From positions 413-64,412 of the forward strand of contig JADLGL010000002.1 in assembly GCA_020849325.1 (NCBI GenBank): a stretch of 64,000 nucleotides of DNA, in the 5' to 3' direction. This document shows, one piece after another, positions 9,330 through 17,646 of the stretch. A program made the position numbers and the translations under genes. The notes below the pieces were generated by a model. That model had not been told where the DNA came from and did no database searches. It saw nothing but the letters and a program-made list of their open reading frames with translations. Position 1 is the first letter of the stretch. The number at the start of each line of letters is the position of its first letter. Source of the DNA: Bauldia sp. (GTDB lineage: Bacteria; Pseudomonadota; Alphaproteobacteria; Rhizobiales; Kaistiaceae).

Positions 9330-9476
9330 ATGACGACGATGCTGGTTCTGAGCGCGGTGCTGTTCCTGACGTCCTGCCTGATCTCGGCGGCGTTGCTCTA
9401 TCACAATGCAGATGGCCAGCGCTCGCTTGCCCGCGTCCGTCGCTCCCGTCCGAACGACTTTCAGCGTCGCTCGTAA
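9330..9476 (+). CDS. Unannotated 48-aa single-pass small membrane protein (hypothetical)
   Basis: Below the ORF-track size cutoff. ATG is preceded by GGAGG (9320-9324) with a 5-nt spacer. Product: MTTMLVLSAVLFLTSCLISAALLYHNADGQRSLARVRRSRPNDFQRRS, i.e. a hydrophobic helix followed by a basic tail. 38 of 48 codons end in G/C although the region is locally AT-richer. TAA stop at 9474-9476. Confidence 0.4.
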   Translation: MTTMLVLSAVLFLTSCLISAALLYHNADGQRSLARVRRSRPNDFQRRS

Positions 9477-9711
9477 TACTTCCGCGCGTTCCGGGTATCG
9501 CGGAATGACCGTCCGCCGCGCAGATCATGCGGTGCGGGGAACCGAGCGGGCCGGGTGAACTGCGATCCGGCGGAAGTCCCTTGCTCCGGCTGACTTGATC
9601 GTCCCGCCGGCCACCAACGAAAAATCGGTTTCGACGTCGCCGCACGGGCACCCCTCGGAATCCGTCGCACGGTGGATTCTGCCGCCCGTGTGGGCCGCAA
9701 ATTCTGTTTCC

Positions 9712-9740
9712 TTGACGGAGGAACCCCGCGCACCCTAAAT
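9712..9740 (+). promoter_or_regulatory. Sigma-70-type promoter for tRNA-Val
   Basis: TTGACG (9712-9717), 17-nt spacer, CTAAAT (9735-9740). It ends 23 nt before the mature tRNA 5' end. Confidence 0.5.
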
Positions 9741-9763
9741 CGCGGCCTTCGGCCGAACCGGCC

Positions 9764-9838
9764 GGGCGCGTAGCTCAGCGGGAGAGCACTCCCTTCACAC
9801 GGGAGGGGTCACAGGTTCAATCCCTGTCGCGCCCACCA
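9764..9838 (+). tRNA. tRNA-Val, anticodon CAC, with encoded CCA end
   Basis: Cloverleaf folded by hand. Acceptor stem GGGCGCG/CGCGCCC, D stem GCTC/GAGC, anticodon stem CTCCC/GGGAG with loop TTCACAC, T stem ACAGG/CCTGT with loop TTCAATC, discriminator A plus CCA. 75 nt. Confidence 0.97.
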
Positions 9839-9951
9839 TTTCTTCACCCCGATCCTGCCTTTGCATGCCTCCTCCCGGCCGTGATTTGACTCGGCCGTTC
9901 CGGTGCCGACACCGTTGCGGCACGAGAATCGGCGGTTGCGGGGGCACGGCT

Positions 9952-12252
9952 ATGGCTACCGGAGAGAACTACGTCGCTGGCCCGGCGGGCTGGCTGCTGC
10001 CCCGGCCGGTCTTCGTCCTCCTCGCGCCGCTCGCACTGGTTCTCGGCGCCTGCACCGGTGGCGGCGGGGGCGGTGGTGGCGGCGGCATGGCGCAGTGCTT
10101 CGAGGCCACAGCTACGACGACGATCACGGCGATCGCCCGCGACGTGACGTTCAACCCGACGCTCGCGAACCAGTACCTCGCCGACGACGAGTTCAACTAT
10201 GCCGACGCGGACTTCGTCGATTGTCCGAACAGCCAGTCGAACCCCTATGCGCTGGTGAACCTGCATCTGGCGCGCTCGGCGGGCCTCAGCGGCGCCGGAC
10301 AGCTCGTCGCCATCGTCGACGAGGGTTTCCGCATCAACCATCCCGAATTCACCGGCAAGACGATCGACGTGTTCGGCGTCACGCCGAGCGCCACGCACGG
10401 AACGCACGTCGCCTCGCTGATCGCGGCGATCGAGGACGGGAACGGCATGTTCGGGGTGGCGCCGAACGCCTCGCTCCACCTCGCCTCCTTCGCCCCGGAC
10501 GGCAATACCTTCGACCTCGACAACGTCGTCGCGGCCACCCTCGATGCGGCGAACAAGGGGGCGATCGCCCAGAACAATTCGTGGGGCTTCGACGTCGCGG
10601 CGACGGCGCTCGGAACCTATCTGCAGGCCAATCCCGGCCAGGTCGCCGCGGGCCTTTCGAACCTCATCGGCTACAGCCAGGCGGACTGGCAGGACTATCT
10701 CGACGCGCTCGACACGTTCCAGAACACGGGCGTGATCGTCTTCGCGATCTCGAACGAAGCCCCGACCGACGTCCTTGCCGCCCTCCCCGCCTACCAGCCG
10801 TCGCTGAGCGAGGCGTGGGTCGCGGTGATCAACGGCTACTTCGAGGTCAACGGCTCCGGCGCGATCACCACTGCCGCACTCCTCTCCGCCTCGTGCGGTG
10901 CGGCGGCGCGGTTCTGCATCGCGGCCGACGGCACGACGTTCGGCGCGGAACGGGGCGACTACGCCGCCGGAACCGGCACCTCGTTCGCCGCGCCGATCGT
11001 CTCGGGCGGCATCGCGCTGGTGGCCGAGGCGTTCCCGACCCTGTCGCCCGAGGAGATCACGACGCGCATCCTCGCGACGGCGAACAACAGCTGGTTCGCG
11101 GCCGAGGGCGTTGCCGTCACCGGCACGGTGGATTTCGGCGGCGGCATAACGCACGACTACTCCAATGTCTGGGGCCACGGCGTCCTCGACCTCGCGGCGG
11201 CGCTGTCGCCGATCGGCACGGTGTCGATCGTGACCGGCGGCAACGTCGCCACGGCCTCCCGCACGGCTCTCGACAGCGCCGGCGTCGCGGTTTCGAGTGC
11301 CTTCGGCGACTCGCTGGCGCGCGGCCTCGCCGACCGCGAGATGGCGGTGTTCGATCACTTCAACGGCGATTTCGTCGTCGATCCCAGCGCCCTCGTGGTG
11401 AGCCGCGGCGCGGGGAGCCTTGCCCGCGTCACCGATCTCGTCCGCGTCGCGCCGGGCGCGTTCGATCCGACCGTCCGCGCCCCGTCGCTCGCCGGCGGCG
11501 GCGTGGTCGAGGCGGCCTATGGGCGCGACGCGCTCGCGGCGTCTTCGGTTCTCGGCCTGTCGCGGAATGCCGCCTTCGTCACCTCGGGTGGCGACGGCTG
11601 GTCGACCTTCGCCTATGCCGGCGGCCAGCAGGCGTCGGACAACCTCCTTGCCGGCTTCGGCTTTGCCCGCACCTTCGATGCCTTCGGCGGCCGGTTCACC
11701 ATCGGCGCCAGCCAGAACGTCGAGCAGGGCGCCCTTCTCGGCCTCGTCGGCAACGACGCCTTCGACTTCGGCCGCGGCACGTCGATCACCGCCGGGCATC
11801 TCGGCTACGAGCGCGCCGTCGGCGAGCGGTTCAGCGTGTTCGCCAATGTCGAGGTGGGCGTTGCCAACGCCTTCGGCGTCGGCTCGTCGAGCCTCGTGCG
11901 GTCGATCGGGCCGGTCGGGTTCAACGGCTTCAATTTCGGCGCGACCGCGCATGGGGTGATCGCCCGGAACGACCGGCTGACCTTCTCGGTGAGCCGCCCG
12001 CTCCGCGTCGCGTCCGGCGCGATGGAGCTCGGCGTGCCGGTGGCGCGGCTCGTCGATGGCACGGTGACGACCGAGGCGGTGACGCTGTCGCTCGCCCCGG
12101 GCGGCCGGCAGCTCGACCTCGGCATCAACTACGAGGTCGGCATCGGCGCAGCTTCGACGCTGCGCCTCGCCGCGACCTATTCGCTCGACGCAGGCAATGT
12201 CGACGGCGCCCGCGGGCTGGCGCTCGCGGCGGGCATCGGCATCGGCTTCTGA
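9952..12252 (+). CDS. Lipidated subtilisin-family (S8) serine protease autotransporter (NalP/SphB1-like architecture)
   Basis: Track ORF 9865..12252; I prefer the ATG at 9952 (MATGENY). Lipobox LVLGAC is followed by a Gly10 tract. Catalytic motifs AIVDEG (Asp), HGTHVAS (His), NNSWG, GTGTSFAAP (Ser). The C-terminal ~280 aa are rich in Gly/Ala/beta-strand pattern and end GIGIGF, a terminal aromatic typical of autotransporter barrels. Confidence 0.82.
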   Translation: MATGENYVAGPAGWLLPRPVFVLLAPLALVLGACTGGGGGGGGGGMAQCFEATATTTITAIARDVTFNPTLANQYLADDEFNYADADFVDCPNSQSNPYALVNLHLARSAGLSGAGQLVAIVDEGFRINHPEFTGKTIDVFGVTPSATHGTHVASLIAAIEDGNGMFGVAPNASLHLASFAPDGNTFDLDNVVAATLDAANKGAIAQNNSWGFDVAATALGTYLQANPGQVAAGLSNLIGYSQADWQDYLDALDTFQNTGVIVFAISNEAPTDVLAALPAYQPSLSEAWVAVINGYFEVNGSGAITTAALLSASCGAAARFCIAADGTTFGAERGDYAAGTGTSFAAPIVSGGIALVAEAFPTLSPEEITTRILATANNSWFAAEGVAVTGTVDFGGGITHDYSNVWGHGVLDLAAALSPIGTVSIVTGGNVATASRTALDSAGVAVSSAFGDSLARGLADREMAVFDHFNGDFVVDPSALVVSRGAGSLARVTDLVRVAPGAFDPTVRAPSLAGGGVVEAAYGRDALAASSVLGLSRNAAFVTSGGDGWSTFAYAGGQQASDNLLAGFGFARTFDAFGGRFTIGASQNVEQGALLGLVGNDAFDFGRGTSITAGHLGYERAVGERFSVFANVEVGVANAFGVGSSSLVRSIGPVGFNGFNFGATAHGVIARNDRLTFSVSRPLRVASGAMELGVPVARLVDGTVTTEAVTLSLAPGGRQLDLGINYEVGIGAASTLRLAATYSLDAGNVDGARGLALAAGIGIGF

Positions 12253-12256
12253 CAGG

Positions 12257-12940
12257 TCAGAGGCCGGCGAAACCGGGGAGCGAGGCAACCGCGTCCGGAA
12301 GGTCGCGGAAATGGCTGATGATCCGCTCCGGCCCGTATTCGCGGACGTGGACGGTGGTGTAGCCGAAATCGACCGCGACGACCGGAATCCCGGCGTTCTT
12401 CCCGGTGGCGATGTCGGTCTCGGAATCGCCCACCATCACGGCGCGGGCCGGGTCGCCGCCGGCGAGCGCGATCGTCTCGCGCAAATGGCGCGGGTCGGGC
12501 TTCCTCACCGGAAACGTGTCGCCGCCGCCCACGGCCGCGAAGCGCCCCTCGATGGCGAGCGCCCGCAGGAGCGAACGCGACAGGCCTTCGAGCTTGTTGG
12601 TGCAGACGGCGATCTTCCAGCCGCGCGAGGCGAAATGGTCGATGGCATCGACGACGCCGGGATAGGGCCGGCTCATGTCGGCGATATGGGCGGTGTAGTG
12701 GTCGAGGAAGACCTCGAAGAGCGCGTCCGTCTCGGCCTTGGTGCGCTGGGCGCCGGTCGCGGCGAGGCCGCGTTCGAGGAGCGCGCGGGCGCCGGCGCCG
12801 ATCATCGCGATCGATTCCTCGAGCGACATGTTCCGAAGGCCCTCCTGCGTCAGGCAGACATTGAGCGCCGCCATCAGGTCTGGGGCGGTGTCGACGAGGG
12901 TGCCGTCGAGATCGAGGACGAGGATCGGCGGTTGCGTCAC
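12257..12940 (-). CDS. gph: Phosphoglycolate phosphatase (HAD superfamily)
   Basis: C-terminal part of track ORF 12257..13981. GTG at 12940 with GGAG 7 nt upstream. HAD motifs DLDGTLVDT and VGDSETD. Confidence 0.8.
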   Translation of the reverse strand: MTQPPILVLDLDGTLVDTAPDLMAALNVCLTQEGLRNMSLEESIAMIGAGARALLERGLAATGAQRTKAETDALFEVFLDHYTAHIADMSRPYPGVVDAIDHFASRGWKIAVCTNKLEGLSRSLLRALAIEGRFAAVGGGDTFPVRKPDPRHLRETIALAGGDPARAVMVGDSETDIATGKNAGIPVVAVDFGYTTVHVREYGPERIISHFRDLPDAVASLPGFAGL

Positions 12941-13096
12941 GGTGTGCTCCGGCTCGGAAAAACCGGCGCGCACCCTAAGCGGAAGCGTGCGAAAGGAAAG
13001 GCCGGCGCCCCCAGAATCCGTCGCCCGCGGCGCTGTGGCGCCTTTTGGACGGCCGTGATAAGCACCGCGCGACCCTGAATCGCGAAGGAGTTCGCC

Positions 13097-13846
13097 TTGG
13101 AGATCGCCCGTTCCGCCGCTTCCGCCGGAGGCGCTGCCTCGCCGGGCGATGACAGGAAGCGCCGGGCCGCGGTCGCCGCGCTCGACGGGATCGTTTCGGG
13201 GATGAAGCTCGGCCTCGGCACCGGCTCGACGGCGGACCAGTTCGTCCGCGCCCTCGGCGAAAAGGTGAAGGGCGGCCTCGACGTCATCGGAGTCCCGACG
13301 TCGGAGCGCACCGCCGACCTCGCCCGCTCGCTCGGCATCCGCCTCGCGACGCTCGAGGACGAGCCCGTCCTCGACGTCACGATCGACGGCGCCGACGAAC
13401 TCGACGACCAGCTCCGCCTCGTGAAAGGCGGCGGCGGCGCGCTGCTGCGCGAGAAGATCGTCGCCACCGCGTCCAGGCGGATGGTGGTGATCGCCGACGA
13501 TTCGAAGCTCGTCGCCATGATCGGCGCCTTCCCGCTGCCGATCGAGGTCGCCCCGTTCGGGCTCGGCGCCACCGAGCGCGCGGTCGAGCGCCTCGCTTCG
13601 AAGCTCGGGCTCACGGGCACGGTGAAACTCCGCCTCGCCGGCCATGATCCCTACAGAACCGACGGCGGGCACTACATCATCGACGCATCGTTTGGCCGCA
13701 TTCCCGATCCAGAAGCGCTGGCCGCTGGCCTCGACCTGATCCCCGGTGTTATGGGGCACGGGCTGTTCCTCGGGATCGCGTCCGAGGCAGTCATCGCACG
13801 GCAGAACGACGTCATTCGGCTGAAGCCCGCCGGCCTTCAGCGCTAG
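13097..13846 (+). CDS. rpiA: Ribose-5-phosphate isomerase A
   Basis: TTG start preceded by GAAGGAG. Motifs [24 protein letters not shown]. Confidence 0.9.
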   Translation: MEIARSAASAGGAASPGDDRKRRAAVAALDGIVSGMKLGLGTGSTADQFVRALGEKVKGGLDVIGVPTSERTADLARSLGIRLATLEDEPVLDVTIDGADELDDQLRLVKGGGGALLREKIVATASRRMVVIADDSKLVAMIGAFPLPIEVAPFGLGATERAVERLASKLGLTGTVKLRLAGHDPYRTDGGHYIIDASFGRIPDPEALAAGLDLIPGVMGHGLFLGIASEAVIARQNDVIRLKPAGLQR

Positions 13847-13855
13847 GAGAACGGG

Positions 13856-14359
13856 ATGAACAGAGCTCGGGTCCTCATCGGCGCCATCGCCCTTTCGGTC
13901 ATCGCCGTGCTGCCGGCCGGCCGGGCCAGCGCGCAGGAGATCACCCCCGCCCACCTCCAGGCGGCGATGGAGGCCATCCACGCCCTTGGCACCGACCGCG
14001 ATTTCGACCTCGTGCTGCCGAACGTCGCCACCCAGGTCGAGGGCGTGATGATGCAGCAGCGGCCCGACCTCTACCGCCAGATCACCGCGACCGTTCAGGC
14101 GGCCGCGATCGAGCTCGTCCAGCGCCGCATCGAACTCAACAACGAAGTCGCCCGCGTGTGGGCCCTCGCCTTCACCGAGGACGAGCTCCGGCAGATCGCC
14201 GCATTCTACCAGAGCCCGGCGGGCATCAAGCTCGCGCTCCAGGGCCAGCCGATGATGGAACAGACCGTCACGACGCTGCAGGACTGGTCGGAGCGGCTGT
14301 CGAACGAGCTTCTGGATCGAGCTCTGGCGGCTTTCGAAGCGCAGAACATCGATTTCTAG
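13856..14359 (+). CDS. Secreted DUF2059-like protein
   Basis: 167-aa ORF with a signal peptide (AGRASAQE) and FTEDELRQIAAFYQSPAGIKLA, typical of DUF2059. AGGAGA is upstream of the ATG. Confidence 0.7.
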   Translation: MNRARVLIGAIALSVIAVLPAGRASAQEITPAHLQAAMEAIHALGTDRDFDLVLPNVATQVEGVMMQQRPDLYRQITATVQAAAIELVQRRIELNNEVARVWALAFTEDELRQIAAFYQSPAGIKLALQGQPMMEQTVTTLQDWSERLSNELLDRALAAFEAQNIDF

Positions 14360-14418
14360 CTGGCTGCCCCTCGCGGCCGGATCATCCTTGCGGCCTCTCC
14401 TCCACCTATCTGAGGCCC

Positions 14419-15810
14419 ATGGCTGAAACGTTCGACTACGATCTTTTCGTCATCGGTGGCGGCTCGGGCGGCGTCCGGGCCGCACGCGTTTCCGGACGCC
14501 ATGGCGCGCGCGTGGCGCTCGCCGAATCGAGCCGCGTCGGCGGCACCTGCGTCATCCGCGGCTGCGTGCCGAAGAAGCTGATGGCCTACGCCGCCCGCTT
14601 CCGCGATGCCTTCGAGGACAGCGTCGGCTATGGCTGGAACCCCGGCGAGCCGACCTTCGACTGGGCGACGCTGATCGCCAACAAGGACCGCGAGATCGAC
14701 CGCCTGAACGCGGCCTATATCCGCGGCCTCGAAGCCGCGGGCGTGGCGGTGTTCCACGACCGCGCGGTGCTCGTCTCGCCGAACCGCATCCGCCTCGCCG
14801 GCTCCGGCCGCGAGGTGACGGCGCGGACCATACTCGTCGCCACCGGCGGGCATCCGAACCTCGACACCGGCATTCCCGGCGGCGATCTCGCGATCAGCTC
14901 GGACGAGATGTTCCACCTGCCGGCGCTGCCGAAGCGCATCCTCATCGTCGGCGCCGGCTACGTCGCCGTCGAGTTCGCCGGCATCATGAACGGGCTCGGC
15001 GCGGAGACGACGATCCTTCACCGCAGCGGCGAGATCCTCCGCCCGTTCGATGTCTCGATCCGCGACGCGATGCAGGCGGCGATGGAGAAGCGCGGCATCG
15101 CGATCCGCCTCGGTGACCGCCTCGCATCGATCGAACGGACGGCCGACGGCCTCCTCGCGCGCACCCGCGGGGGCGCTGCGATCGCCGCCGATCACGTCCT
15201 GATGGCGATCGGGCGGACGCCCAACACGCGCGGCATCGGGCTCGTGGAGGCCGGCGTCCGCCTCGACGGCAATGGCGCCGTCATCGTCGACGCGCACCAC
15301 CGCTCGAGCGTGCCCGGTATCCTCGCCATCGGCGACGTGTCGAACCGCATCAACCTGACCCCCGTTGCGATCCGCGAGGGGCAGGCGGTGGCGGACAATC
15401 TCTTCGGCGGCAAGGACGTGGTCGTCGATCACACCGGCGTGCCGCACGCCGTGTTCGGCATCCCGGAGATCGGTGTCGTCGGCCTCACCGAGGAGGAAGC
15501 GAAGGCGGGATACGCCGCGCTCGATTTCTTCGAGACCACGTTCAAGCCGATGCGGAACCAGCTCTCCGGCCGCGACGAGCGCGTCCTCATCAAGCTGATC
15601 GTCGACGCGGCGACCGACCGGATCCTCGGCTGCCACATCATCGGCGACGAGGCGCCGGAGCTGATCCAGCTGATGGCCGTGGCGCTGAAGCTCGGCGCCA
15701 CCAAGGCCGGCATCGACGCCACGATGGCGCTCCACCCCACCGTGGCGGAGGAGATCGTCACCATGCGGACGCCGAGCCGCAGCTGGCGGCGGGAGACGGC
15801 CGCCAGCTAG
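14419..15810 (+). CDS. gor: Glutathione-disulfide reductase
   Basis: In-frame ATG at 14419 inside track ORF 14158..15810 (MAETFDYDLFVIGGGSGGVRAAR). Redox-active GGTCVIRGCVPKK. FAD/NAD Rossmann motifs. C-terminal HPTVAEE. Confidence 0.9.
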   Translation: MAETFDYDLFVIGGGSGGVRAARVSGRHGARVALAESSRVGGTCVIRGCVPKKLMAYAARFRDAFEDSVGYGWNPGEPTFDWATLIANKDREIDRLNAAYIRGLEAAGVAVFHDRAVLVSPNRIRLAGSGREVTARTILVATGGHPNLDTGIPGGDLAISSDEMFHLPALPKRILIVGAGYVAVEFAGIMNGLGAETTILHRSGEILRPFDVSIRDAMQAAMEKRGIAIRLGDRLASIERTADGLLARTRGGAAIAADHVLMAIGRTPNTRGIGLVEAGVRLDGNGAVIVDAHHRSSVPGILAIGDVSNRINLTPVAIREGQAVADNLFGGKDVVVDHTGVPHAVFGIPEIGVVGLTEEEAKAGYAALDFFETTFKPMRNQLSGRDERVLIKLIVDAATDRILGCHIIGDEAPELIQLMAVALKLGATKAGIDATMALHPTVAEEIVTMRTPSRSWRRETAAS

Positions 15811-15829
15811 AGCCTTGATTCTATTGTAA

Positions 15830-15985
15830 CTTGAACCTCCCCCTTGCGGGGAGGTCGCCCCCCCTTTCCGTTCGGGAGGACGTAAGACGCACGGCCGGTG
15901 AACGGACCGGGGCCGAGGCTCCCCTCCGAAGGCGACGGCGCTGCGCTTGCCGCCTTTCGCCTCCCCGCAAGAGGGAGGCTCGAAC
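15830..15985. repeat. Palindromic intergenic repeat, family A (copy 1), MITE/RIME-like
   Basis: Bounded by hairpin-containing inverted ends CTTGAACCTCCCCCTTGCGGGGAGG and CCTCCCCGCAAGAGGGAGGCTCGAA. Alignable over its length to the reverse complement of 60270-60424, and more distantly to 49876-50044. Confidence 0.8.
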
Positions 15986-15988
15986 GGA

Positions 15989-16058
15989 GTGACGCATTTC
16001 GGATCGTTCCCGGAGCGACCGCTCATTTCGGTCTCCCCGAACGGGGCGAGGGGAAGCG
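15989..16058. repeat. Intergenic repeat, family B (copy 1), abutting family A
   Basis: GTGACGCATTTCGGATCGTTCCCGGAGCGACC ... TCTCCCCGAACGGGGCGAGGGGAAGCGG. The same module occurs at 33434-33598, at 25179-25368, inverted at 28343-28413, and as a fragment at 42794-42812. Confidence 0.8.
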
Positions 16059-16192
16059 GAAGCATCGTGACACGGCAGGGTGCCCTTCCCCGCGCGAATG
16101 GTGATCTCCATCTTCCGTGTGTATAACGCCGCCCTTCCCGGCGGACGGTAGCGAAGCATGTCCGGCCCTGCCGGCAGTTGGAGTGGTTTTCG

Positions 16193-17575
16193 ATGGGCAA
16201 GGCCTGGTCCCCGGACAGCTGGCGGTCACGACCGATCGAGCAGTCCCCGGAGTATCCGGATCCCGCCGCGCTTGCGGCGATGGAGGCCCGGCTCGCGACC
16301 TTTCCGCCGCTCGTCTTCGCCGGCGAAGCCCGCAAGCTGAAGCGTCAGCTCGCGAAGGTCGCGGCCGGCGAAGCCTTCATGCTGCAGGGCGGCGACTGCG
16401 CCGAGAGCTTTGCCGAGCACGGCGCGGACGCGATCCGCGACCTCTTCCGCGTCTACCTCCAGATGGCCGTGGTCATGACGTTTGCCGGCGCGATGCCGGT
16501 GGTGAAGGTCGGCCGCATCGCCGGCCAGTTCGCCAAGCCGCGCTCCGCGCCGATGGAAAAGGTCGGCGGCAGGGAGCTGCCGGCCTACCGCGGCGACATC
16601 ATCAACGGCATCGAATTCACCGAGGCGGCCCGGCTGCCCGATCCGGCGCGGCTCGAAATGGCGTACCGCCAGTCGGCGGCGACGCTGAACCTCCTCCGCG
16701 CCTTCGCCTCGGGCGGCTACGCCAATCTCGAGCACGTCCAGCAGTGGATGCTGGGCTTCGTGAAGGACAGCCCGCAAGGCCACCAGTACCAGGAGATCGC
16801 CGACCGCATCTCCGAGGCGATGGCCTTCATGCGCGCCTGCGGGATCGATTCACAGACCAGTCCGGCGCTCCAGACCACCGACTTCTTCACCAGCCACGAG
16901 GCGCTGCTGCTCGGCTACGAGCAGGCGATGACGCGGGTCGATTCGACCTCGGGCGACTGGTACGCCACGTCCGGCCACATGATCTGGATCGGCGACCGCA
17001 CCCGCCAGCTCGACAACGCCCATGTCGAATACGCTCGCGGCGTGCAGAACCCGATCGGGCTAAAATGCGGGCCGTCGCTCGCGCCGGCCGACCTTCTCCG
17101 GCTGATCGACGTCCTCAACCCGAAGAACGAGCCGGGCCGGCTGACCCTGATCGCCCGCTTCGGCGCCGACAAGGTCGAGGCGCATCTGCCGCAGCTGATC
17201 CGCGCCGTCGAGCGCGAGGGGCGGATCGTCGCCTGGGCATCCGACCCGATGCACGGCAACACGATCAAGGCCGCGAACGGCTACAAGACCCGCCCGTTCG
17301 ACCGCATCCTCCGCGAGGTGGAGCGGTTCTTCGACGTGCACCGCGCCGAGGGCACCTTCCCCGGCGGCGTCCACATCGAGATGACCGGCACCAACGTCAC
17401 CGAATGCACCGGCGGCGCGCGGGCCATCTCCGAGGCGGACCTGTCGAGCCGCTACCACACCTATTGCGACCCGCGGCTCAACGCCGACCAGGCGCTCGAA
17501 CTCGCCTTCCTCCTGTCCGACCTCCTCAAGCGGGGCCGGCAGGCGAACGGACACCGCCTCGCCGCCGGCGAGTAG
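16193..17575 (+). CDS. 3-deoxy-7-phosphoheptulonate (DAHP) synthase, class II
   Basis: Track ORF starts at TTG 16178. The ATG at 16193 gives [23 protein letters not shown], the usual class II N-terminus. [10 protein letters not shown] motif present. Confidence 0.9.
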   Translation: MGKAWSPDSWRSRPIEQSPEYPDPAALAAMEARLATFPPLVFAGEARKLKRQLAKVAAGEAFMLQGGDCAESFAEHGADAIRDLFRVYLQMAVVMTFAGAMPVVKVGRIAGQFAKPRSAPMEKVGGRELPAYRGDIINGIEFTEAARLPDPARLEMAYRQSAATLNLLRAFASGGYANLEHVQQWMLGFVKDSPQGHQYQEIADRISEAMAFMRACGIDSQTSPALQTTDFFTSHEALLLGYEQAMTRVDSTSGDWYATSGHMIWIGDRTRQLDNAHVEYARGVQNPIGLKCGPSLAPADLLRLIDVLNPKNEPGRLTLIARFGADKVEAHLPQLIRAVEREGRIVAWASDPMHGNTIKAANGYKTRPFDRILREVERFFDVHRAEGTFPGGVHIEMTGTNVTECTGGARAISEADLSSRYHTYCDPRLNADQALELAFLLSDLLKRGRQANGHRLAAGE

Positions 17576-17583
17576 GGCAATCG

Positions 17584-17611
17584 CGTCCGGCCGGAGCTCC
17601 TCGGCCGGACG
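17584..17611 (+). terminator. GC-rich hairpin downstream of DAHP synthase (possible terminator, no U-tract)
   Basis: Perfect 10-bp stem CGTCCGGCCG/CGGCCGGACG with an 8-nt loop, starting 9 nt after the stop codon. Followed by TCCCAAATT, not a U run. Confidence 0.35.
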
Positions 17612-17646
17612 TCCCAAATTGACTTGCCGCGATACCCGATCCCAAG

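Noticed and set aside
9074-9508. 144-aa track ORF spanning the bcsN/tRNA spacer.
   Set aside because: Arg-rich, with no SD. It runs through the lower-GC promoter-like region and overlaps the better-supported 48-codon ORF in a different frame.
9868-9876. CCTCCTCCC just after tRNA-Val, reminiscent of the anti-SD loops of alphaproteobacterial alpha-r14/AbcR-type sRNAs.
   Set aside because: It is a single occurrence, not in a convincing hairpin loop, with no promoter or terminator bracket. Most likely it is part of the 5' region of the protease gene.
10066-10095. Gly10-encoding GGN run after the lipobox of the subtilase, considered as a possible phase-variable tract.
   Set aside because: The codons are mixed (GGT/GGC/GGG), so it is not a homopolymer or a perfect short tandem repeat. 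It is more likely a flexible linker, as in other lipidated autotransporters.
9764-12256. Possible tRNA-Val-targeted genomic island carrying the subtilase autotransporter.
   Set aside because: No integrase, no direct repeat of the tRNA 3' end at the gph side, and no compositional break visible in the coding sequence. Kept only as a remark under the protease finding.
12250-12259. Convergent stop codons of the protease and gph genes 4 nt apart, forming the inverted repeat CTGAC-AG-GTCAG.
   Set aside because: It follows trivially from TGA and TCA facing each other, and it is too short to be a terminator or a binding site on present evidence.
15821-16229. Small ORFs inside repeat-filled spacers: 15821..16159, 15898..16104, 16023..16229, 25028..25309, 25176..25391, 28289..28624, 28342..28584, 33440..33691, 49557..50033, 49735..50124, 49774..50031, 60025..60507, 60133..60486.
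   Set aside because: They are translations of the palindromic repeat families on either strand. They lack ribosome-binding sites, and the similarity between copies is at the DNA level and includes inverted orientation.
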